Shown here one piece after another: positions 55,807 through 64,000 of a stretch of 64,000 bases of DNA. The DNA is taken from positions 62,001 to 126,000 of the forward strand of contig OZ251245.1 of the NCBI GenBank assembly GCA_965240325.2, read 5' to 3'. The DNA is from Rebecca billardiae RCC1528 (taxonomy: Eukaryota > Protista > Haptophyta). The translations under genes were made by a program, and so were the position numbers. Position 1 is the stretch's first letter; every line of letters begins with the position of its first letter. The notes beneath the pieces were generated by a model. That model did not search any database. It was not told the origin of the DNA and saw only the letters and a list, made by a program, of their open reading frames with translations.

Positions 55807-56382
55807 CGCCCCTCTGAGCGCGGACGCGCCGGGGTGGAGCGGCGGCAGCGGCGCGGCGTACTCCAGGTCCGGTCGGGCGAGCAGCACGGCGTCGAAGCGG
55901 AGGGCACGGCGCCGCTCGTGCAGCTCGACCATCTGCCACGCGCGCGCCATCGTCCCCCACCAGACGGCCGCCTCCGTGCGGCGGCGGCGGCAGCAGCGCG
56001 CGTCGCACTCGTAAGGCGCGCCGCCCTGCGGCGTGCCGCACGCCCACGCGCAGCGCGCGACGTGGCGTGCCTGGCTCGCGTACAGGTAGGGCGCGTCGTC
56101 CACCGCGAGCAGGTGCACGTCGGCCAGCAGCTCCCCGAACGCACTCAGCTCGCGCCGCACGCCGTTCAGCTGTGCGTCGGTCGGCGCGCGCCCGCGCCGG
56201 TCTCTGAGCAGCTTGAGGTGGACGAAGAGCGCCGAGTCAGCATGGCTGCCGAGAGGCTGGAGCACGCTCTCGCGGAAGGAGCCGAGCGCGCACGCGTCGG
56301 CGTAGCACGCGCCGGCGAGCGCGAAGGCGATCGGCCCCAGCCGGCACGCGCCCGCGTCGTCGCGCGGGCCGGCCGCCGCCAT
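54967..56382 (-). CDS. Hypothetical glycosyltransferase-like protein (algal 'FDAVLLARPDL' type), 471 aa
   Basis: IAFALAG, SFRESVLQPL, ALFVHL and AWQMVELHERRRALRFDAVLLARPDL, PDGLWLMPR motif order; intronless. Confidence 0.6.
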
Positions 56383-56796
56383 TATTTCGCGATGAAACCG
56401 GACTCCACTACTGGGGCACCCGGGTCCGGCGCGGGAGGCCACCCTGGCGCAAACGGGCCGCTGGACGTGAGAGGTCCTTGGGTCGGCGCCGAGTTCTACT
56501 CTCATATAACCGATATATGCAGTTTTAAAGCAATATAGGTCGTCGTCCACCTAGGACGACGCCACAATCATGGGGCATGCCAGTTCTGCGCCCAACGCTG
56601 GCGCGCCGAGTTGGCTGAGCGCCGGCCTCTGACTCTGACTCTGAGACTCGCCCGCGTCATCCCGGCAGCCGGGCAGCGGCAGCGACTCCTTCCGGCCCGG
56701 CCATCCGCACGCGCCACGGCGACGTGGCGGCCGCCCTCCCCGCCGCCCTCGAGCCCGCTCGCCCGCGCGGGGGCGGCCACGCCGCCGCCCTCCTCC

Positions 56797-57780
56797 TCAG
56801 TACTGCTCGAGCACGAGCGTGGACGCGATCAGCGCCATCCCCGCGACGAACGCGCCGGGCGCGAGCGAGCTGCCCGCCGCCCGGTCGTGCGCGAGCGCCG
56901 CCGGCAGGAAGTCGACGCCGACGACGACGACGGCCATGCCGCAGACGAGGCCGAACATGGCGCCGAAGACGCGCGCGCGCACCGCCGCGCCGCCCGCGTC
57001 GCCGCCCGCCGCCGCGCCCTCCGCCGCGCGCGCGATCGCGTACCCGGCCGCGCCGCCCACCAGCTCTGACACGCCCGCGAACGCCGCCCAGCCGAGTGCG
57101 CGCGCGCGCGAGCGCGAGTCGGCGTAGAGCGGCGCGGCGATGCAGAGGCCCTCGGGCACGTTGTGCAGGATCACGCCGAACGCGATCCCGAGGCCCGAGC
57201 GCGCCGACGCCAGCGTCGCGAGGAACGCCGCGAGGCCCTCCGGCGCGTTGTGCAGTGCGACGGCTAGGGTCGTTCCAACCGACGCGCGGTGCAGCCCGCC
57301 GGCGGGCGCGACGTGGGCGTCGGGGCCGTGCGCGTGGCCGTGCGCGGCCATCGTGCTCGTGCCTCGGCCGTGCGCGTCCGCCATCTCGAGCTCCACCTGC
57401 GCCGCGGCGGCGTGCGCGGGCGCCGCCGCGCCGCCGTCGGCCGCGCAGCACGAGCCGGCGAGGATGTGCGTCACGCTGTGCGCGCCGAGCGTGAGCAGCG
57501 CGCCGGCGAAGAAGGAGAGCGTGGCGTGGAGCTTGGCGGCCTTCTCGTCGTCCCCCGCCTCGCCGAACGCCTCCTCGCTCTTCGCGAACAGCTCGGCCAC
57601 CGCGACGTACAGCATGGTGCCGCCGGCGAGGCCGAGCATCACGGCGAGCAGCCGCGGCGGCGGCCCCGCCGGCTTGCGCTGGAGGCAGAGGAGCGCGCCG
57701 AGCGCGCCGCAGAGAGTGGAGACGCTCGCGGCGGCCGTGAGCGTCCACGCCAGCGCGTACCCGCCGCCGCCGTCCGCCAT
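56797..57780 (-). CDS. zupT: ZIP-family zinc/divalent metal transporter, ZupT/GufA type (327 aa)
   Basis: LGLAGGTMLYVAVAEL; His-rich loop HGHAH; ALHNAPEG; ILHNVPEG; GVSELVGG; about eight TM segments. Confidence 0.92.
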   Translation of the reverse strand: MADGGGGYALAWTLTAAASVSTLCGALGALLCLQRKPAGPPPRLLAVMLGLAGGTMLYVAVAELFAKSEEAFGEAGDDEKAAKLHATLSFFAGALLTLGAHSVTHILAGSCCAADGGAAAPAHAAAAQVELEMADAHGRGTSTMAAHGHAHGPDAHVAPAGGLHRASVGTTLAVALHNAPEGLAAFLATLASARSGLGIAFGVILHNVPEGLCIAAPLYADSRSRARALGWAAFAGVSELVGGAAGYAIARAAEGAAAGGDAGGAAVRARVFGAMFGLVCGMAVVVVGVDFLPAALAHDRAAGSSLAPGAFVAGMALIASTLVLEQY

Positions 57781-58110
57781 CTCGCGCCTCGGTGTCGCCG
57801 TCGCCGAGCTGCCTGTTCGAATGCGCGGGCGCTTCGGCCGAGCGGGGTGTGCGGTTGGCCGCGTGATGAGCGCCAAGCTCAAAGCCACCTGCCGGCTTGA
57901 CGGCGGGCGGCTTTGAAGCGTCGCGCCGGACCAAACCTGCAGAGGCGACGGCTCACACCGGACCACGGCGCGTCGAACTTTGATGCGCCCGCCGCGCCCG
58001 CCGAAAAAAAGGAAAAGCCCGCAGGCGTAAATCTAAAAGGCGCGCGGAAACGGCGGACGTTTCGCCCTTCGCCCGGCCGCACGCCTTAGCGACGGCGCCA
58101 TCCTGGCGCC

Positions 58111-60286
58111 ATGGGCGTCAAGTCGGTCGAGCACATGAGCAAGCTCGCGCAGGAGCTGCGCTCGTCGATGCCGCCGTCGCAGTCGGAGCACCCGGCGGCG
58201 CAGTCCACCGCGGGCGACCTCACCCCCGCGCCGCGCCCCAGCGCCACGCCCACGCGCCGCGTCGGCGCGGTCACAACCATCCGGCGCGGGCTGCGCGTGC
58301 ACGACTCTGCCGACCTGCAGCAGCTGGAGAAGGTGCGCGCCGCGCGCACGCCGGGGGGTACGCGGCTCGTGCGGGGCTCCTCGCGCACACGGCCGTGCCC
58401 CCCCGCGCCCCCGCCCCCGCGCGCGCGCTCGCCCCGACGGCCCGCCTGCCCACTGCAACCCCCGCGCACACGCGCGCTCGCGCTGCCTGCGCGCGCGCGC
58501 CGCTGCGGCTGGCCGGTGCGGCGCGGCGCGGGCGCGCAGGACTACGAGGAGGTGAAGGCGCGGTACGAGGAGCTGCTCAAGCAGAACGAGGCGCTCAAGG
58601 CCGACACCCGCCGGCGCATGGAGTCGTACATCCGCCGCGAGCACAAATACCAGGAGGAAATCTCGCTGCTCCGAGATGAGCTGCGCCGAGCGACCGCCGG
58701 GCTGGGCGCGTCGGACGAGCGCGCGCCGATGGCGCCGCTGCACGCGATGCACGGGCAGATCCTGGACGGGCTGTCGGGGATCCAGCAGAAGACGGCGGCG
58801 GTGCTCAAGGAGCAGGAGTCCGACCTCCTCCGCGCCTTCCGCGCGCGGCTGTACGATGTTCAGATGGAGCTCGAGGCGGAGCGCTCCAAGAAGGACGACG
58901 GCGCGCTCGAGGTGCGCCCAACCCTACCCTAGCCCTACCCCCTACCCCTAGCCCTACCCCCGAGCCCAGCACCCCGTGGCCGTACACCCCGCCGCTCCCC
59001 GCGCAGCACGAGCGCACCGCACCGCGCGCCCGTGCGCTCGCTCAGCCGAGCGGCTGCGCCGCCCTCTGCTCCTAACCCTAACCCTAACCCTAACCCTCTG
59101 ATCGGCCCCGCGCGCCCTGCCCGCGCCGCGCCGTGCGCAGTGGATCGAGCGCACGCGCACGCTGGGCAAGGAGCTCGACTGGTCGCGCGAGGAGGCGCTG
59201 CGGCTGGACCGGACGAACCAGCAGCTCGCCAAGGACAACCAGCGGCTGCGCGGCCAGGCCAAGGCGCAGGAAGACGATCGCCACTTTTTGCTCCGACAGC
59301 TCGTCGCCTTAAAAAAGGATAACGCGCGGCTGCGCGACCGCGTGGCGGTGGGCGGCGGCGGCAGCGCGGTCGGCTCGGCGCTGGGCAGCGCGGCGGAGGC
59401 GTCGGCGCTGCGCCCGCCGGCCTCGACCAACCTCGCGACGATCTCGGGCGCGACCACCGCCGCGCCGGACGGCGCTGCCGCAGGGGCGGCGCCAGGGGCC
59501 CAGCCGCCGCACCTGGGGCAGCGCCCCGCCACCAGCGCCTCGCACTCGCTGTCGCGCCCGAGCGGCGGCGGGGGCGGCGGCGGCGGGCTGCCGGCGTCGG
59601 CGAGCGCGCTCGGCGTGCGGCCGTCCACCACGCCCGCGCCGCCGGCGCGGCGCGGCGCGGACGGCGGCGCGGAGCGCGCGGCCGCGCTCGAGGCGCGGCA
59701 CCGCGAGCTGCAGGAGCGGTTCGCCGAGGCTGAACGCCGCTCGAACGAGGTGGTGACGAAGCTGAAGAAGATGCTCGAGGCGGAGCGGCGCGCGCTCAAG
59801 GCGCTGCGCGGCACGCACACGCGCGAGCTGCAGCAGCGCACGGAGCTGGAGACTTTCCTCAGGCAGTGCGTGGCGGACGTGAAGGCGCAACTGGTGCGCC
59901 CGCGCGCGCGCGACGCCGCCGCGCGCGGGGCGCGCGTGCGTGCGCTTGGCCGCGGCACTGAGGGCGCCGCTGCCCCGCGCCACCCGCCGTCGCGCCGCCA
60001 CCCGCCGCGCGCGCAGGACGGCGCGAGCCGCTCCCGCCAGCTCGACCTCGCGCCCGAGGACCGGCAGCGCGTGCTCGAGCTGCTACTCTCGCAGGAGCGC
60101 GTCGTCAGCCTGCTGTACGACAAGACGTTCCCCCGGCAGCCCACGCCGGTGAGCGAGTGGCAGGGCGACCTGCTCGTGGGCCCGGAGGAGGGCGAGGAGC
60201 CGGCGGAGGCGAGGGCGAGCCTGGGCGCGCGGCTCACGATGATGCCGAGGCGCGCGAGCGGCGCGCCCTTCAGCTCCGGCGCCTGA
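58111..60286 (+). CDS. Coiled-coil protein, possibly cilia/basal-body associated (CFAP157/BBOF1-like); exons 58111-58332, 58540-58911, 59141-59893, 60017-60286
   Basis: Long heptad helices; ESDLLRAFRARL; ELETFLRQCVADVK; DRQRVLELLLSQERVVSLLYDKTFP; three GT-AG introns. Family assignment is tentative. Confidence 0.75.
59071..59097 (+). repeat. Telomeric (CCCTAA)n array in intron 2 of the coiled-coil gene
   Basis: CCTAACCCTAACCCTAACCCTAACCCT; degenerate CCCTA units also occur at 58917-58960. Confidence 0.9.
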
Positions 60287-60912
60287 GCCGCGCTGGCGCT
60301 GGTCGGGGCCGGTGCGACTCGCCGCCCAGAGGGGCGGGCTGGCGCGGGCCGCCCAGCGCGGCCGTGTGCCGCTCACAATCGTCACTACTCTGCACGGCAG
60401 CTCACCGCGTGCCGAGAGAGTACTATTCACGTCCGCCGACCGCAGAGTCGGCGGGCCCGCGGCGGCCGCGGCACTCTTACAGCCAGGAGGCGCCGGAGTG
60501 ATGCTGCCCCCGGCCCCTGCCGAAGTGCCGGCTGAAGTTGGTGGGAAGATGCCGCCGCTGATGCCGCGCGTCGAGACGGCGCTATCGACACGTCGTCGAG
60601 GCAGCGTCAGCCGCGCCTTGTAGCACCGCCGGGCAAGGATGCCGTGGATGCCCCTCCGCGTCATCATCAGCGGGCTGGAGTTGGACTGCCCGGCCAAGGG
60701 GGTTCAATCAAGCCCGGCCATGCTGATCCTGATGAGTGATGCTGCCGCGCCGGCGAGCGAGCGCAAACTGAAGCGCCTGCCGCACGGTCCGGAGGCTGCG
60801 CAAAGGCTCGTCCGGCGGCCGGAATGAAAAGCCGGCGCCCTTCTCCCGCTTCCACCCACCCGGCAGCTGGGTGCTGAGAAGCGCGGGGCAGCTGGGAAGC
60901 GCGTCATTCAAG

Positions 60913-63900
60913 ATGCGGCGGCGCGCCTCCCCCGCTGCCAACCGCCTCGCGCGCGCGGCGCTGCTGCTCGCGGCGGCGGCGGGCCCGCGCGGCGCGCGTG
61001 GCTCGAGCGAGTGCTACCGGCGGCACGACGTCTCCGACTACCGCGGCAACGTCTCCGTCACCGCGCGCGGCGAGCCGTGCATGCGCTGGGCGGACGTGCC
61101 GCGCGGCGACGCGCTCGCGCGCCTCCGGCGCCACATCTCGCTCTACCCGGACGGGTACGACCCGGAGGCGGCGGGGCTGGGCGAGCACAACCACTGCCGA
61201 CACGCCGGCGCGGGCACCTTCCGCTGCGCGTGGTGCTTCATCGCGCAGCCGCCCTCGCCGCCCGCGCCGCCGCCGGCGCCGCCGCCCGAGCACGGCCGTC
61301 GGCGCCGCCGCCGCCGCGCGCCCGCGGCGCGCGCGGCGCGGCTGTGGGAGTGCTGCGACGTGGGCCCGCCGGACGAGAGCTGCGCGCCGGACGAGCACCT
61401 GCCGCCCGCGCTGCCCGCGCCCGGCGCCGCGCCGCACGGCCGCGGCGGCGCGGCGCCGGACGCCGCGCCGCCCGCGCCGCCCGCGCCGCCGCCGCCCGCG
61501 CCGCCGCCCGCCGAGGTCGAGGCGCGGTACATGCGCGCGGCGCCGGGCTCGATCCTGCTCTTCGCGACGGGCGCGGCGTGCGGCGTGCACATCCAGCCCG
61601 GCGTCGCCTCCGTCCCCGAGTGCGTGCAGCTCGCCACGCGCCACGCGGCCGTGCCGCCGCCGCCGGGCGCGGACGGCGAGCTCGGCGCCGCGCGCGCGCA
61701 CCGCGCGCGCGCGGCGCGCGACGGGAGCCTGGCGGGTCCGGACGACCTGTGGCTGAGCTACGCGCCGCGCGACGGCTCGTGCGGCTGGTGCACGCGCGAG
61801 CAGGCGCTCGAGCTCGTCCCGCGCCAGGGCAGCGCCGTGTACCGCGTGCCGCAACACAGGCGGCAGCGTATGGACCCGCCACCGCGCTGGGCGCGGCCGA
61901 GCGAGCGCGCGCTCGCGGCGGCCGCGGAGCGGTTCGGCGAGGGCGCGGGCGTGGCGGCGCTCGCGCCGGCGGAGGGGTTCGTCGTGGACGAGGAGTCGGC
62001 GCGCTCGCGCGCGCGCGACGCCGCGCCCGCGCCCGAGCCCGCGGCCGCGACGGGCGGCGGCGGCGGCGGCGCCGCCGCCGCCGACGGCCGCGGCGCCGCC
62101 GACGGCGGCGGCGGCGCCGACGGCGGCGGTGGCGGCGCCGACGGCCCGACGGCGGCGGCGCTCCGCTGCCCCGATGGCCGCCCCGCGCGCAACCTGGCGC
62201 TGGGCGCGGCGGTGACGGCGAGCTCGTACGCCTCGCCCGCCGCGTCCGCGCTCGCCCCCGCCGCCGCGCACCTCGCCGCCGACGGCTCGGCCCAAACCGC
62301 ATGGGGCGCGGCCGAGGTTCGCGCCGCCTCGGCCGCGCCGCACCTGGCGGCTCTGACGGTCGACCTGCTGCAGCTTGGGTCCGTGCGCGGCGTCTCGGTG
62401 CTCTGGGCGGGGGAGGAGGCGGGCGGCGGCGCGGCCGACGGCGCCAACCACGACGCGGCCGACGGCGCGGCGGGCGGCGGCGGCGCCGGCGGCGGCGGCG
62501 GCTCTGCTCAGGACGGCGCCGCTGGCCCCTCAGATCAGCATGGGGGCGGCGACCATGCTGACTCTGAGCAGGGGCAGCCGCAGCCGGAGGCGGGGGAGGG
62601 CGCCGAGGCGGCGTACGGGTACGACGAGTACGGCGCGCGCACGCACGTGTACGGCTCTGCCGACGGCGAGGACTGGTGGGCCCTCACAGAGCGCCCGCTG
62701 CGCGCGGCGGGTGGCGGCTGGAGCGCCGTCGTCGCCGCGCGCCACGCCGCGCGCGCCGCCGTGCGCTTTGTCCGCCTCGTCGCCGACGACGGTTACGAAT
62801 CCCGCTCCGGCTCGGGCGGCGGCGCGGAGGCCGGCGGCGCGGCTGGCTCCCCGCTGGCCATCCCGCTCGGCCGGCACGCGCAGGCGCTGCGCCTGCGGGA
62901 GCTGCAGCTGCTGGGCTGCCCGCTCACGCCGCCGGCGCCGGCGTTTGTGCCCCACGCGGCGGCGGAGGCGGCGCCGCTGGGCTCGTGGGCGGCGCAGTGG
63001 CCCCCGCCCGAGCCGACGCGCGTCGCGGCGGCGCTCGGGGGCAGCGAGGCCGAGGGCGGGGCGGCTGGTGCGTACGCCGGGACGTGCACGGACGACATGG
63101 CGGTCGACGCAGCGCACGCCTCCGGCCGCGCCTTCGCGCCCGCCGCCTCGTCCGTGTGGCACACAGCGGCGCACGCCGTCGACAGCCGCCCCGGCACTCG
63201 CTGGGCGTCGCCCAACCCGCCGCGCGCCGCGGACGGCGGCCCGCTGCGCGGCGAGCCGTGGGCGAAGTGGGCCGCGGCGCACGGCTGGCTGGGCGTCGAC
63301 CTGCGCACGCCGCACGCGCTGGTCGGCGTGGACGTCCTCTGGGAGCAGGCGTTCGCCTCGGAGTACGCGCTTGACGTCTCCGCGGACGGCGTGCATTGGT
63401 TCGAGCTGAGCGGCGGCGGCGGCGGTGGCGGCGGCGGTGGCGGTGGCGGTGGCGGCGGCACGCACCGCGCGCGCGGGCCGGGCTGGGCGACGGTGCGCGT
63501 GCCGCGCCGGCCTGACGGCACGCACGTCGTCGCGCAGTTTGTGCGCGTGCGCGGCCTCCAGCGGGGCTCAGAGTGGGGCTTTTCCATCCTTGAGCTGCAG
63601 GCGCGCGGCTGCCCCGCGCTGCCGGCGCCGCGGCCGGTGCCGCAGGCGTTGGTGGGGCGCGCGACGCCGCGCGCCGCCGTGGACGTGGCCTCGGCCGGCA
63701 CGGCGGTGCCGGCCTCGCCCGCCGAGTGCGCGGCGGGCGGCGCGGCGCCGCACGAGCTCGTCTCCGCCTTCCGCGCGGCCGCCTCCGCCTCCTCCGCGCG
63801 CGCGGCCTGGGGCATCGAGCACGGCGCGGAGCGCGCGGTTGACGCTGACCCGTCCACCGCGTGGCAGGGGCTGCGGCGCGGCGCGTCCGGCGGCGAGGCC

Positions 63901-64000
63901 CGCCCGCCGCGCTTCACGCTCGACCTGCGCGCGCAGTGCGCACTCACACACGTGCGCGCGCTGTGGGGCAAGGGGAGCTCCGCCACCGCGTACACGGTGC
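60913..64000 (+). CDS. Secreted Kringle + multiple F5/8 type C (discoidin/CBM32) domain protein; 3'-truncated by window end and absent from the ORF track
   Basis: Signal RAALLLAAAAG; Kringle ECY...DYRGNVSVTARGEPCMRW...HNHCRH...WCF...WECC; F5/8C NLALGAAVTASS...LTVDL; AVDSRPGTRWAS...WLGVDL...WEQAFASEYALDVSADGVHW...WGFSILELQ; a third domain begins AVDADPSTAWQG. Frame open to 64000. Confidence 0.85.
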   Translation, partial: MRRRASPAANRLARAALLLAAAAGPRGARGSSECYRRHDVSDYRGNVSVTARGEPCMRWADVPRGDALARLRRHISLYPDGYDPEAAGLGEHNHCRHAGAGTFRCAWCFIAQPPSPPAPPPAPPPEHGRRRRRRRAPAARAARLWECCDVGPPDESCAPDEHLPPALPAPGAAPHGRGGAAPDAAPPAPPAPPPPAPPPAEVEARYMRAAPGSILLFATGAACGVHIQPGVASVPECVQLATRHAAVPPPPGADGELGAARAHRARAARDGSLAGPDDLWLSYAPRDGSCGWCTREQALELVPRQGSAVYRVPQHRRQRMDPPPRWARPSERALAAAAERFGEGAGVAALAPAEGFVVDEESARSRARDAAPAPEPAAATGGGGGGAAAADGRGAADGGGGADGGGGGADGPTAAALRCPDGRPARNLALGAAVTASSYASPAASALAPAAAHLAADGSAQTAWGAAEVRAASAAPHLAALTVDLLQLGSVRGVSVLWAGEEAGGGAADGANHDAADGAAGGGGAGGGGGSAQDGAAGPSDQHGGGDHADSEQGQPQPEAGEGAEAAYGYDEYGARTHVYGSADGEDWWALTERPLRAAGGGWSAVVAARHAARAAVRFVRLVADDGYESRSGSGGGAEAGGAAGSPLAIPLGRHAQALRLRELQLLGCPLTPPAPAFVPHAAAEAAPLGSWAAQWPPPEPTRVAAALGGSEAEGGAAGAYAGTCTDDMAVDAAHASGRAFAPAASSVWHTAAHAVDSRPGTRWASPNPPRAADGGPLRGEPWAKWAAAHGWLGVDLRTPHALVGVDVLWEQAFASEYALDVSADGVHWFELSGGGGGGGGGGGGGGGGTHRARGPGWATVRVPRRPDGTHVVAQFVRVRGLQRGSEWGFSILELQARGCPALPAPRPVPQALVGRATPRAAVDVASAGTAVPASPAECAAGGAAPHELVSAFRAAASASSARAAWGIEHGAERAVDADPSTAWQGLRRGASGGEARPPRFTLDLRAQCALTHVRALWGKGSSATAYTV

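Overview
Very GC-rich, compact eukaryotic nuclear DNA with short GC-rich spliceosomal introns (GT-AG plus several AAG|GC-AG). A bipartite plastid-targeted protein and the overall style suggest a haptophyte-like alga such as Pavlovales; this assignment is inference. About 21 protein genes are supported. They include DGAT2, a CNBD/voltage-sensor channel, a NAK kinase, a (6-4) photolyase/cryptochrome, an SV2-type MFS transporter, a Cys-less LOV/PAS protein, CTDSPL2, DUF3082, SPB1, an EF-hand membrane protein, a DOMON copper monooxygenase, a ZupT/ZIP transporter and a Kringle+F5/8C protein cut by the window end. There is also a disrupted TE-like ORF at the left edge, a lower-GC orphan island, and three related hairpin-terminated elements inside a (TA)n tract. 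Most long ORFs in the supplied track are GC-rich antisense or alternate-frame shadows. The most notable items are: (1) an intronless signal peptide-PA domain-7TM-TIR/HET-like receptor with the catalytic WCxxE Glu intact, next to a TIKI/EreA/RRSP-fold hydrolase gene; (2) a (TA)n-targeting, tandem-forming element family with a covarying terminal hairpin; (3) telomeric CCCTAA arrays on the sense strand just upstream of five intron acceptors; (4) a copper monooxygenase carrying Gly/Trp repeat peptides. All domain calls come from motif recognition by eye, not database searches.
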